DNA from: Minisyncoccota bacterium
Lineage (GTDB): Bacteria; Patescibacteriota; Minisyncoccia; Phycocordibacterales; Phycocordibacteraceae
Reading direction: 5' to 3'
Assembly (NCBI GenBank): GCA_022841985.1
Contig: JALHQL010000002.1
Coordinates: forward strand, 4,211 to 68,210
Length of the DNA: 64,000 nucleotides
Shown here: in pieces, positions 48,292 through 58,145 of the stretch
Layout of the letters: every line of letters begins with the position of its first letter
How positions within the stretch are numbered: the stretch's first letter is position 1
Program-made: the position numbers and the translations under genes
The notes under the pieces: model-generated
What the model was told of the DNA's origin: nothing
Databases searched by the model: none
Seen by the model: the letters and a program-made list of their open reading frames with translations, nothing else

Positions 48292-49032
48292 TTAACAAGA
48301 GACGTTTGCGATGATATACTCGTACGCTTCATCGACTGAATCGACGAGTACGTAAAGATCCATGTCGTTCTTATCGATTGTTGCACGTTCCTGGTAAAGC
48401 GTTTTTTCAATAAAAGCGAGCAATGGTTCCCAATAACTCTTCCCGAAGAGAACTATAGGGACCTTGCGGATTTTTTTAGTCTGAACGAGTGTAACAATTT
48501 CGAAAAATTCATCGAGAGTACCGAAACCGCCGGGGAAATAGACGTAGACTTCAGAGGCAAACGTCAGCATCACTTTCCGTACAAAGAAATGATCAAAGCC
48601 GAATTTTTCAGTGAGATACGGATTATAGTGCTGCACTTGCGGCAAATTGATGTTGAGACCAACTGAATCTCCACCGACTTCAAATGCGCCTTTATTTGCG
48701 GCCTGCATGATACCGGAGCTGCCACCTGTGACCACTGCAAAACCTCTTTTCGCCAACCGACTGGCTAATTCCTCGGCATGTTTATAGACATCGTCATCAA
48801 GCGAAGCTCGTGCACTTCCGAAGAACGAAACTCCAAGGCCGTAGCGCCGAATAATGTCGAACCCTTCGATGAACTCTGACATTATCTTGAAGATTCGCCA
48901 CGACTCTACTTTTTGCGGCTTACAGACCAGGGGCGGACGTTCAGCAGGAATCGTGCGATGGCCCTCGTGGACCGCTTTGGCGAGTCGTTCGGCCGCGTGA
49001 TTGTGATGTGCAACGTCATCAGTCGTACTCAT
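48292..49032 (-). CDS. LOG family (TIGR00730) nucleotide phosphoribohydrolase
   Basis: FGSAR, TGGSSGIM, FFVRKVM, PGGFGTLDE. Confidence 0.92.
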   Translation of the reverse strand: MSTTDDVAHHNHAAERLAKAVHEGHRTIPAERPPLVCKPQKVESWRIFKIMSEFIEGFDIIRRYGLGVSFFGSARASLDDDVYKHAEELASRLAKRGFAVVTGGSSGIMQAANKGAFEVGGDSVGLNINLPQVQHYNPYLTEKFGFDHFFVRKVMLTFASEVYVYFPGGFGTLDEFFEIVTLVQTKKIRKVPIVLFGKSYWEPLLAFIEKTLYQERATIDKNDMDLYVLVDSVDEAYEYIIANVSC

Positions 49033-49057
49033 ACGTAGTACGTTCAATAGTAACAGA

Positions 49058-49417
49058 TTAGATACCTGTGCAATTTGCAGCGGGAGAATAACCTGCCTTT
49101 TGAGCGGCAGAAATAGAAGCAAACCATACTTTGTTGGCCTCGGAAATGCGGTCAGCTCCTGCACAGGTCGGCAGATAATACTTCGTGCCGTTTTTTGAAG
49201 CGACTACCTCCCCTGCTGTCGTTGTCGTGACGGGCGGAGACAACAAAGGAGCTTCCTCAAGCGAAATACGACTAACCTGTGCCGCATCTTCACCCGCAAG
49301 ATAGCCCAATCCGAAACTGAGGGAGGATACGAGCACAAGCATCGCTATACTAAGCACATCGCGCGGGACCCGAGCAATGAGGCTTTTGCATTTTTCACGC
49401 GTTTCTGCTATAGTCAT
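49058..49417 (-). CDS. Membrane-anchored protein with Ada-like metal-binding domain
   Basis: TM helix; [14 protein letters not shown]...AGYSPAANC. Confidence 0.75.
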   Translation of the reverse strand: MTIAETREKCKSLIARVPRDVLSIAMLVLVSSLSFGLGYLAGEDAAQVSRISLEEAPLLSPPVTTTTAGEVVASKNGTKYYLPTCAGADRISEANKVWFASISAAQKAGYSPAANCTGI

Positions 49418-49437
49418 ACAGTAAAAACTATACCACC

Positions 49438-49710
49438 ATGGCATCAACAAAAGCTGGAGGTTCAGCAAAAAACCTTAATACTTCAAATCCAAAATACCTT
49501 GGAGTGAAGCTCGCCGACGGCGCAGCTGCTCGTCCTGGCATGGTAATCGTTCGTCAGCGCGGCACAAAGATCGAGGCCGGAAAGAATGTCGCCGTGGGCC
49601 GCGATCATACACTCTTTGCTCTTGCCGCTGGTACTGTCGCCTTCCGCACCCGCCGCAAAACAAGCTTTACTGGACGTAATTTTATGAAGAAAGTTGCTGA
49701 CGTTATTTAA
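49438..49710 (+). CDS. rpmA: 50S ribosomal protein L27
   Basis: [25 protein letters not shown]. Confidence 0.96.
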   Translation: MASTKAGGSAKNLNTSNPKYLGVKLADGAAARPGMVIVRQRGTKIEAGKNVAVGRDHTLFALAAGTVAFRTRRKTSFTGRNFMKKVADVI

Positions 49711-49714
49711 AGAT

Positions 49715-49756
49715 AAGAAAAAACCGTGGCGTTTCAAAACGCCACGGTTTTTTCTT
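49715..49756. terminator. Bidirectional terminator
   Basis: AAGAAAAAACCGTGGCGTTT-CA-AAACGCCACGGTTTTTTCTT between convergent rpmA and rplI. Confidence 0.9.
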
Positions 49757-49765
49757 TTTTCTGCG

Positions 49766-50209
49766 TTATTCCGCCTCAATAGTAATAGAGAATTTCCCAA
49801 ACGCGCCCTCGGCAGCGACCGGAATATCAAATATACCAACCTCTTTAATTGGTTTTGGAAGCTTGATAGCATCATCGGAAAGATCAATGCGCGCCTGCTT
49901 TTGTACCGCTTCGCGTATCTCGGACTTCCCTACGGCATCGTATAAATGACCCTTTTCATTTGCTTTTGTCCTGATCACAATTCTTGCCTCCGCGAGGGCT
50001 GCTATGTTTTGAGCAAGCAGCGCCGTATCAAGTGCCATTCGATCAGTCTCCTTCTTACGACGCAGCTCCGCCTCTTTCATAGCTGATGGAGTCGCAGGGA
50101 TGGCAAGATTCTTTGGAATGAGATAGTTGAGGGCGTGACCATCAGATATGTCGACCAATTCGTGTTTTCGGCCAATTCCCTTTACATCATTCAATATAAT
50201 TACTTTCAT
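49766..50209 (-). CDS. rplI: 50S ribosomal protein L9
   Basis: MKVIILNDVKGIG, GHALNYLIP, PIKEVG. Confidence 0.94.
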   Translation of the reverse strand: MKVIILNDVKGIGRKHELVDISDGHALNYLIPKNLAIPATPSAMKEAELRRKKETDRMALDTALLAQNIAALAEARIVIRTKANEKGHLYDAVGKSEIREAVQKQARIDLSDDAIKLPKPIKEVGIFDIPVAAEGAFGKFSITIEAE

Positions 50210-50229
50210 GTTGTCGCCAGTCTAGCGTA

Positions 50230-51483
50230 TCATTTGCCAGTAGTCAAAAAATCGATTGCTCGCAGCATTTGTGGATCGCGTTCCGCGGAGGCGTCAGCGG
50301 CAGTAAAAGGTACCGTGACATCCGGCACGATGCCATTGTCCATGATCCAGCGGCCACTTGGGGTCACCCATCGTGCAACAGTGATTTTGAGCGACCCTCC
50401 ATCAAGATCTATCAGTGTTTGCACCGAACCTTTCCCAAAGGATTTTGTACCGATGATGGTCGCTCTGCGAGCATCTTGCAGAGCTCCTGCAAAGATTTCA
50501 GAAGCGGAAGCTGAACCGCCATCAATAAGCACGACGATTTTCGTCCCTGCAGGAACGTCATTATAGCCAAGACTTGTATGCGATTGTTTCGGCTCTTTAT
50601 CTCCAAAGTCTTCAGTCACGACAATCGTACCTTTTGGAAGGAAGTGGCTGGCAATATCGACTGCCGCATCAAGATACCCGCCCGGATTGCTCCGCAAGTC
50701 GACGATGAGTTTTTTTGAACCTGAAGCTTTAAATCGCTCAAACGCCTGACTAAAAAGGCTCGCTGAATTCGCAGTAAATTCGTACAGAGCGATGGTATAG
50801 ACACCGCTCTTTTCATCAAGACTGTCCTTGGTCTCAGGTATTTGAATCGTGTCGCGAACAACTTTAATATCAAGCACCTTTCCCCCACGAATGATGGTAA
50901 AAAGTACTGTCGTGCCGATCGGGCCGCGAATCTTGCGCACGGCCTTTTCAATAGAAAGGCCGTCCGTCGATTGCCCGTCGATGGCGGCAATCTGATCGCC
51001 CGATTTGATACCGGATGCCTCAGCGGGAGTGCCCTTCAGAGGAGTGACAACGGTTAATACATTGTTTTTAATATCAATCTCCATGCCAACGCCTGCAAAA
51101 CTTCCCGAAATATTTTCAGCAAAGACCTTTGCTTCTTCAGGCGGGAAAAAGAGAGTGTAAGGATCGCCATAGGAACTGGCTAGCCCGTTAATTGCTCCAT
51201 GAAGACGCTCTTTGACTGAAGGCAACGTAGAGGAAGCATTAGTGATGACATAATTCTGAGAAAGGGCATTCCACGCCTTCCAAAAAGCGGCCAGATCGGC
51301 GCTTGAGTCCGGTGTCGCATCAAGGCCATCGCCAATAAACGGAATATTCGCCGTAAATGATGTAGCAGAACCGCTCGCTCCCACAGAAAGCCCTATAAAA
51401 AAAGAAAGTGCCGCGACTAATGCAAAAGAAATGCCGCGCACCGCGACACCACGCCCTTGATACGAAGTTTCTCCAGATTCCAT
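50230..51483 (-). CDS. ctpA: C-terminal processing peptidase S41A
   Basis: GDPYT, PDZ, DLRSNPGG, SASASEI, SFGKG, GIVPD. Confidence 0.93.
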   Translation of the reverse strand: MESGETSYQGRGVAVRGISFALVAALSFFIGLSVGASGSATSFTANIPFIGDGLDATPDSSADLAAFWKAWNALSQNYVITNASSTLPSVKERLHGAINGLASSYGDPYTLFFPPEEAKVFAENISGSFAGVGMEIDIKNNVLTVVTPLKGTPAEASGIKSGDQIAAIDGQSTDGLSIEKAVRKIRGPIGTTVLFTIIRGGKVLDIKVVRDTIQIPETKDSLDEKSGVYTIALYEFTANSASLFSQAFERFKASGSKKLIVDLRSNPGGYLDAAVDIASHFLPKGTIVVTEDFGDKEPKQSHTSLGYNDVPAGTKIVVLIDGGSASASEIFAGALQDARRATIIGTKSFGKGSVQTLIDLDGGSLKITVARWVTPSGRWIMDNGIVPDVTVPFTAADASAERDPQMLRAIDFLTTGK

Positions 51484-51531
51484 TTCTGACATTGTAGCAT
51501 AACGAGTATACGCATATGGTATTCTGGACAT

Positions 51532-52449
51532 ATGATTTTTCGATATCCATATCAAGGCGGCGTATGGGTTGATCTTGAACAACCGAGTGAAGATGAGATC
51601 CACCAAATTGCGCAGGAATTCTCGATTAGCGAGCGCATCGAGAAGGAACTAGTCTCCCCTACCCCTATCCCGCTTGTAGCGAGCGAAGAAAATACGGCGC
51701 TTCTAGTGCTTCATTTCCCAGTGCACGGGACGGAAAACGATGAGACCAAGAGCCAGGAGATTGATTTTGTCGTCGGTACCCACTTTATCTTGACGGTGCG
51801 CTACGAAGTTATCGCGCCACTCCATCACTTGAAGAAACAGCTTGAGACACGGCAGATTATGGCGCCACACGCACTCATTACGGCTGATGTTTTGTTCGAG
51901 ATTCTTTTTGTGCATCTCTACACTTCAGTGCGCGATCATATCAATCATGTTGTTGACCAACTTGCACGCGTTGAGCGGGATATGTTTAACGGCTCTGAGC
52001 GTACGACCGTGCGGTTGATCTCAAGCATCAGCCGTCAATTCCTACATATGGAAGCTGCACTCGCAGATCAGGAAGAACCTTTAGAACGCTTTTTGCTCAT
52101 GCTTAAGCCGCGCAAATTTTTTCACACCTCTTTTACCGAACGTACTGAACACATCAGTGCAGAGCGCGCTCAGATCGCGCGACTTGTCACGACTTACCGA
52201 GCCGTTGCAGGCGAGCTGCGCGAAACTAACAATGCATTATTGTCCGCAAAACAAAATGAGATTATTAAGATACTTACCGTGGTTAGCTTCATCTTTCTAC
52301 CGCTCGCCCTTATTGCTAAGATTTTTGCGATGAAGGTCGAATACATGCCGTTCGTCGATGACCCGAACGGGTTCTGGATAATCCTCGGCTTCATGTCTTT
52401 GATTGCTTTGCTCTTGATATTTTTTGTTGCGAGAAAACGGTGGATTTGA
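51532..52449 (+). CDS. corA: CorA-family divalent cation transporter
   Basis: WVDLEQP, QNEIIKILT, two C-terminal TMs; GMN signature replaced by AMK. Confidence 0.85.
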   Translation: MIFRYPYQGGVWVDLEQPSEDEIHQIAQEFSISERIEKELVSPTPIPLVASEENTALLVLHFPVHGTENDETKSQEIDFVVGTHFILTVRYEVIAPLHHLKKQLETRQIMAPHALITADVLFEILFVHLYTSVRDHINHVVDQLARVERDMFNGSERTTVRLISSISRQFLHMEAALADQEEPLERFLLMLKPRKFFHTSFTERTEHISAERAQIARLVTTYRAVAGELRETNNALLSAKQNEIIKILTVVSFIFLPLALIAKIFAMKVEYMPFVDDPNGFWIILGFMSLIALLLIFFVARKRWI

Positions 52450-52452
52450 CGT

Positions 52453-53913
52453 ATGAGCTTTCTCGCACGCTTATTTGGAAAACGTACGAATGAATCGCGA
52501 GAGCGACCGCCTCAAGTTTTTTTTACCAATACTCTTTCAGGGCATAAGGAGATTTTTGTGGCACAGAAGCCGGGAATAGCCTTGCTGTACACGTGCGGAC
52601 CGACCGTATATGGCCCAGCGCATATTGGCAATCTCCGCGCCTATGTATTCTCAGATACAATCGCGCGCGTACTTACTGCTGCCAGATATCGCGTACGTCG
52701 CGTTATCAACATCACCGATGTCGGCCACATGGTTGGTGACGAGGACATGGGCGAAGACAAGATGGCGATCGGAGCTGCTCGCGAACATGCAACACCTGAA
52801 GCGATTGCGATGCGATATACAAAAGTTTTTATAGAAGATATCAAGAACCTCAATATCGATACTGACAATATTGCTTTTCCCCGCGCAACCGAATATCTCA
52901 AAGAACAGATAGTTCTCGCAAAGACGCTTGAAGAAAAAGGCTTCGCCTACCGCCTTCCAGATGGTCTCTATTTTGACACGCAAAAATTTCCAAATTATGG
53001 AAAACTTGGAGGACTCCAGAAAGTACACCTTGAAGCGGGAGCGCGCGTCGAAGTCGTCAAAGGGAAACGCCATCCTACCGACTTCGTTCTCTGGCGAATC
53101 GCAAAGCCGAATGATCTCCAGCAATGGGACAGTCCGTGGGGTCGCGGCAATCCTGGCTGGCACATCGAATGCTCAGCTATGATCCGTGCGCTCCTGGGAC
53201 AAGAAATTGATATCCATACCGGTGGCGAAGACCACATCAATATCCATCACAACAATGAAATCGCACAGTCAGAGGCGGCAAGCGGCCGTACTTTTGTCCA
53301 TTATTGGATGCATAATGCTTTTCTCACCATGCAGGGAGAAAAAGCGTCAAAATCACTCGGAAACATCATCTATCTCTCAGACGTTGCGAAGAAAGGGCTA
53401 CATCCACTCTCGTTACGCTACTTCTTTCTCCAAGCGCACTACCGTACTCCCCTCTCCTTCTCGTGGGACGCGCTTACAGGTTCCGCAAGCGCGCTTCATC
53501 GACTCTGGAAACTTTCGCACGAAATTGCAGAAGCATCCAGACGAAAGAGCGCGTCCTCCGAGGCACGGGAACGCTTCCTCGCGATGATGCGTGATGATCT
53601 CGGAACCCCGCAAGCACTTGGCATCCTTTGGGATACTTTGAAAAGCGAAGACTACACACCCGAAGAGAAATGGGGTCTCCTAGAAGATGCTGAGGCGCAT
53701 CTCGGTCTTTTACTCCTCAATCCGCCCGCGCAAGATACTCTTTTAGAGAAGGACGCTCCTGAAGAAATAAGGGACCTGCTGAAAGAACGTACTGCAGCAC
53801 GCGCTTCTCAAGACTTTAAAGAAGCCGACCGTATCCGAGGCGAAATCGAGCGTAGGGGATATCATGTGGACGACGGACCAGATGGCCCTATGTTGACCCG
53901 GACTACTCTTTGA
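52453..53913 (+). CDS. cysS: Cysteinyl-tRNA synthetase
   Basis: CGPTVY, HIGN, NITDV, PGWHIECS, KASKS. Confidence 0.96.
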   Translation: MSFLARLFGKRTNESRERPPQVFFTNTLSGHKEIFVAQKPGIALLYTCGPTVYGPAHIGNLRAYVFSDTIARVLTAARYRVRRVINITDVGHMVGDEDMGEDKMAIGAAREHATPEAIAMRYTKVFIEDIKNLNIDTDNIAFPRATEYLKEQIVLAKTLEEKGFAYRLPDGLYFDTQKFPNYGKLGGLQKVHLEAGARVEVVKGKRHPTDFVLWRIAKPNDLQQWDSPWGRGNPGWHIECSAMIRALLGQEIDIHTGGEDHINIHHNNEIAQSEAASGRTFVHYWMHNAFLTMQGEKASKSLGNIIYLSDVAKKGLHPLSLRYFFLQAHYRTPLSFSWDALTGSASALHRLWKLSHEIAEASRRKSASSEARERFLAMMRDDLGTPQALGILWDTLKSEDYTPEEKWGLLEDAEAHLGLLLLNPPAQDTLLEKDAPEEIRDLLKERTAARASQDFKEADRIRGEIERRGYHVDDGPDGPMLTRTTL

Positions 53914-53927
53914 TACAATCAGCGGCA

Positions 53928-55286
53928 ATGGCTACTACCGACCGGGTCCCTCCTCAATCTCTGGAGTCTGAGCGTGCGCTTTTAGGCGCTCTGCTTCTGA
54001 AGCCCGATGCCATTCATGACGTTTCAGATCTTATTCGCCCCGATTCTTTCTATGCGGAAAAGCACCGCCTCATATTCGGTGCAATGCGTGAGCTCTCTGA
54101 ACGTGGTGAACCTATCGATCAACTTTCTCTCTCCGAACGTCTGCAAAATCAAGGACTGCTTGAACGCAGTGGAGGAAGAAGCTACTTGGCCGAACTTGCT
54201 GGCTCAGCACCCGCCCCTGGGAACTTTTCTCACTATGCTGAACTTGTCTCTCGTAAATATCTGATGCGTTCTCTTATCGATGCTGCATACGGTATCAGCG
54301 AAGCTGCCTATGACGATGCTCGCGAAACTATGGAAGTGCTCGATGAAGCTGAGAAGAGTATCTATGCCATCGGCAACGCTTCAGCTGCGCACAAGTTCAC
54401 CGCAATCGGCGATAAGGTGCACGAGGCTTGGGATCGCATCGAGGCACTCTCCAAAAAGGAAGATGGTATTCGCGGCGTGCCTTCCGGCTTCCCTACTCTC
54501 GATAACCTGCTCTCGGGCTTTCATCCTTCTGATCTCATTATTCTTGCAGCCCGCCCTTCAATGGGTAAGACCTCATTAGCGCTTGATATCGCGCGCAATG
54601 CCGCAGTGCGTCACAATGTCCCCGTTGGCATCTTCTCGCTCGAAATGAGCTCCGAGCAACTCATCGACCGTATGCTTGCGGCGGAGTCGTTCGTCAACTC
54701 CTGGAAACTGCGCACCGGACAAGTTCGAGAAGAAGAGGATTTCAACCGCATCCGAGACGCGCTTGAGACGCTTTCAAAGGCTCCTATCTTCATCGACGAC
54801 AAGCCAGGCAATAATATTCTCGCGATGCGCGCGGTTGCGCGCAGATTAAAACGCGAACGCGGCATTGGGCTCATTGTCGTCGACTATCTCCAACTTATGG
54901 CACCGACGTCGACAAAAGCCTCCGATTCTATGGTGCAGCAAGTCACTGAGATTTCGCGCTCCTTAAAGTCGCTTGCCCGCGAGCTTGAGGTGCCAGTTAT
55001 CGCCCTCTCGCAACTCTCACGTGCAGTCGAGCAACGCGGTGGTAAGCCACGATTGAGCGACCTGCGCGATTCCGGAAGTATCGAGCAAGATGCTGACGTC
55101 GTGATGTTCATCCATCGCGAAGATAAGATGAATAAAGAGAGCGATCGGCCCGGCATCGCCGAAATTCTCATCGAAAAGCACCGCAATGGTCCAACGGGAT
55201 CGACCGAGCTCTATTTCGATGAGAAGCGTGCGACCTTTCAGCCCGTCGACACCTCAGGTTACGGCGGTCTTGCTGCAGAATTTTAA
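53928..55286 (+). CDS. dnaB: Replicative DNA helicase
   Basis: AARPSMGKT, SLEMS, DYLQL, SQLSR, DLRDSGSIEQDAD; no intein. Confidence 0.97.
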   Translation: MATTDRVPPQSLESERALLGALLLKPDAIHDVSDLIRPDSFYAEKHRLIFGAMRELSERGEPIDQLSLSERLQNQGLLERSGGRSYLAELAGSAPAPGNFSHYAELVSRKYLMRSLIDAAYGISEAAYDDARETMEVLDEAEKSIYAIGNASAAHKFTAIGDKVHEAWDRIEALSKKEDGIRGVPSGFPTLDNLLSGFHPSDLIILAARPSMGKTSLALDIARNAAVRHNVPVGIFSLEMSSEQLIDRMLAAESFVNSWKLRTGQVREEEDFNRIRDALETLSKAPIFIDDKPGNNILAMRAVARRLKRERGIGLIVVDYLQLMAPTSTKASDSMVQQVTEISRSLKSLARELEVPVIALSQLSRAVEQRGGKPRLSDLRDSGSIEQDADVVMFIHREDKMNKESDRPGIAEILIEKHRNGPTGSTELYFDEKRATFQPVDTSGYGGLAAEF

Positions 55287-55889
55287 ATGGACCATATCGA
55301 CGAACTCGCGCAGGCGCTCGCTCGATTCCCTGGCATTGGTCCGAGGCAGGGAAAACGTTTTGTATTCTATCTTCTCGCCACTCCCGTCCACGAGCGCACG
55401 AAACTTGCCGAGCTTATCGTGTCTCTGGGAAAAGAGGTTCGTCAATGCCCCGAATGTTTACGTTTCTATAACAGCACTACAGCGTCCGTCTGTAATTATT
55501 GTTCTGATAATAAACGTGATGATGCTCTTTTAATGCTTGTCGAGAAGGATCAGGACCTCGCCGCGATTGAGCGTGCCGGCACCTATCGCGGGCGATACTT
55601 CGTTCTCGGCGGTGTGCTGACCCTCACTGGCAAAGGAGCCATTCGTGAAAAAGAGTTGGTACGAATAGTTGAAAAACGATTAAAGAATAACTTGAAGGAA
55701 ATAGTGCTCGCACTCTCGGCAACAAGCGAGGGCGAACATACCGCCGACCGTGTGCGCGAACTACTTGCTCCCTATCGCGATATGGTAAAAACTACGGTCC
55801 TTGGTCGTGGTCTCGCCACCGGCAGTGAGCTTGAATACTCCGACGCCGAGACTCTCCGCGCCGCTCTCACCAACCGTAAAGAAACCTGA
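55287..55889 (+). CDS. recR: Recombination mediator RecR
   Basis: PGIG HhH, CxxC..CxxC, YFVLGG, EGEHT, ELEYSD. Confidence 0.94.
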   Translation: MDHIDELAQALARFPGIGPRQGKRFVFYLLATPVHERTKLAELIVSLGKEVRQCPECLRFYNSTTASVCNYCSDNKRDDALLMLVEKDQDLAAIERAGTYRGRYFVLGGVLTLTGKGAIREKELVRIVEKRLKNNLKEIVLALSATSEGEHTADRVRELLAPYRDMVKTTVLGRGLATGSELEYSDAETLRAALTNRKET

Positions 55890-55903
55890 TATAGCCTTTA
55901 TTA

Positions 55904-56296
55904 TTAACGATAGGCATTGGTCGTGGTAGCAACATTTGAAGAACCTACCGAGAGTGGAGCGACGTTAATGACCCTGTTCGAAGTTGGACTATAGAGAAAT
56001 GCTTTTTGCGCATTTGTGAAGATAAGTACTTTATCGCCAGCCTTCGCGTTGACGAAGAATTCCTGATCTTTTAATTTCTCCGGATTGGAGACAGTTGCGA
56101 CCGTTGGCGTCTCGCCTTCAGGGAGCAGAATGAGCTTCCCCACAGACGCCATAAGCGATACTACTTCTTCCTGTCCGATAGGTGGACGATTCGGTGCGAG
56201 CACTGCCGCCTGATGATAAAAATAATATGCAGTAGCGCCCATACCAATGAGAAGCCCGAATAAAATTATCGGTAGATATTTTTTAAAATCTATCAT
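55904..56296 (-). CDS. Hypothetical membrane-anchored protein
   Basis: N-terminal TM; LPEGETPTVATV...FFVNAKAGDKVL. Confidence 0.75.
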   Translation of the reverse strand: MIDFKKYLPIILFGLLIGMGATAYYFYHQAAVLAPNRPPIGQEEVVSLMASVGKLILLPEGETPTVATVSNPEKLKDQEFFVNAKAGDKVLIFTNAQKAFLYSPTSNRVINVAPLSVGSSNVATTTNAYR

Positions 56297-56325
56297 GCCA
56301 GTGTAATGCCACATATCATACCACG

Positions 56326-57333
56326 CTATATCCCGTACTGATTATTAATTTTCTCGTAGACAAACTTTGAAATTTCGGCAATTGTCTTTTGAAGTAAGGC
56401 GGTTTCACTTCCGCGCGTCATGACGCAGAGCAGATATGGATGATTTGGATAATATATAATTCCACAGTCATGCAATTGTTGTAACTCATCCCCAAATTTT
56501 CGTTCTCCAAATTTATGTGCGATCGGGATAGCACTCGGTACACCCGCCCGTAGACCATAATTGAAATAGGTCTCCGAAAGAAGTCTGAGCGCACGCTCTG
56601 AATTTGTGCGTGAGAGATAGGATGCATTAAAAAGAACTCTGAAGAAAATACTGTACTGTTTCACCGAGATCTTGCTTGAGGGGTCTGTCAGAATTTCGGA
56701 ATCTATACCAACTCGTCTATACAATTCGACCTGCTCAGCGATAGGCAACCCCTCGTAGAGGAGCGCCATTGCCTGATTGTCAGAATATTTAATCATACGC
56801 ACCACCAGTTCATCGACAGTGTATGTATGCCCTAATTCTATATGTTGATCGGGCAATATATTTTGTTCATCCGGCAACAATGACGAACTGGTCTTGAATA
56901 CGATTTTTTGATTGAGGAAATTGAGATTCTCTTCCGCATGACCCAAGTAGGTCATCATAATAGGGACCTTCAAGAGGCTCGCTGGAGCAAATGGAATATT
57001 CTGATTAATACCTATAATCGGCCCGTTATTAAGATCGCGGAAATATACAGCAATTTCAGACACCTCTAATTTCTTTTTTAGACCCGTTACAAATGCGGTC
57101 AAATCTAACGAGAAATCTTCCTTCGAAGAAGCGATGGTATCGGCTGAAACTTCACATTCAAGTAACGGATTGGTGAATTCTTTTAGACCCGAGCGCACTT
57201 GACCTCTGTCACCATGCTGGCGACTCCCACAGTCATTCGACATACTAAAGACAATTCCTCCGCCAAGCATGAGCATGCATGCGCTCCATACGAATAATTC
57301 CCATGAAAAACGCTTTTGGAGCATGGTTCTCAT
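56326..57333 (-). CDS. Class A beta-lactamase-like serine hydrolase
   Basis: PASLLK (SxxK), SDN, HKFG, HDCGII; N-terminal TM. Confidence 0.85.
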   Translation of the reverse strand: MRTMLQKRFSWELFVWSACMLMLGGGIVFSMSNDCGSRQHGDRGQVRSGLKEFTNPLLECEVSADTIASSKEDFSLDLTAFVTGLKKKLEVSEIAVYFRDLNNGPIIGINQNIPFAPASLLKVPIMMTYLGHAEENLNFLNQKIVFKTSSSLLPDEQNILPDQHIELGHTYTVDELVVRMIKYSDNQAMALLYEGLPIAEQVELYRRVGIDSEILTDPSSKISVKQYSIFFRVLFNASYLSRTNSERALRLLSETYFNYGLRAGVPSAIPIAHKFGERKFGDELQQLHDCGIIYYPNHPYLLCVMTRGSETALLQKTIAEISKFVYEKINNQYGI

Positions 57334-57360
57334 TATAACTACGGATATGCGAACACGATT

Positions 57361-58092
57361 TTATGAACCAATATGGAATGGACGAACATGTAAGTCTAAT
57401 ATAGGGCGCACATCTTTCATTGGAAAATTTCTGTTTCCAAAAGCGATTGGGGAAACTGGAGAGCTCGTACAGCCGCCCGGTGAAGCATGACTGTAAAACG
57501 CTACGTCAGTAGGATCTTTAGGAATGGTTTTATCTAGAGTATAGAGAGATTCTGCGGATTGATAAACGTTGGTAGAAGCATAGAATGCGGTAGCCTCTGA
57601 TAGTCCTTGGCCGTGATAGGCTTGACCGCTGCAATCAGAGCTTTCAAAATATATTGGACTTTGAGTAGATACGCCAAGGTGGGGTCCAAAGCTCCCGTTA
57701 ACACTTACAGCTACAATAACCCCTAGATTCTTTTCAAGAATTTCAAAACTATCTGGAAAGGGCGCAGTACTAGTTATGTATCCAATCACTTGATCATTTG
57801 CATCGTACAGTTTGGCACCACTACCCTCAGGACCCTGAGGGCCGATAGGCCCTTGAATTCCCTGTGGGCCTTGAGGACCTTCAATATTAAACGTGACAAG
57901 TTGCTCATTTGAACTGCACGCCTGTTTGGCGAAACCAGTACCAATGATATACGAGACCCCGGATTGCTTTACGCACATGCTAATTTCTGTACCGGCTGCG
58001 TGCGAAAATGACCAGGCACTCAAGCTCAGTACTGCTGTGACTATCGCCAGCACTATAACTTGTGTCTGATTGATAGAAATATTTTTGAACAT
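57361..58092 (-). CDS. Secreted protein with a short collagen-like segment
   Basis: Signal peptide; GPQGPQGIQGPIGPQGPEG. Confidence 0.8.
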   Translation of the reverse strand: MFKNISINQTQVIVLAIVTAVLSLSAWSFSHAAGTEISMCVKQSGVSYIIGTGFAKQACSSNEQLVTFNIEGPQGPQGIQGPIGPQGPEGSGAKLYDANDQVIGYITSTAPFPDSFEILEKNLGVIVAVSVNGSFGPHLGVSTQSPIYFESSDCSGQAYHGQGLSEATAFYASTNVYQSAESLYTLDKTIPKDPTDVAFYSHASPGGCTSSPVSPIAFGNRNFPMKDVRPILDLHVRPFHIGS

Positions 58093-58145
58093 ACTGTGTT
58101 TAGTTACCGAATAATCTTATTCACAAATATACCACGCCTGTATAA

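Noticed and set aside
5473-49756. Intergenic hairpins as a REP/MITE or integron attC family
   Set aside because: They share no sequence, lack attC R-box ends, and sit at gene 3' ends like terminators
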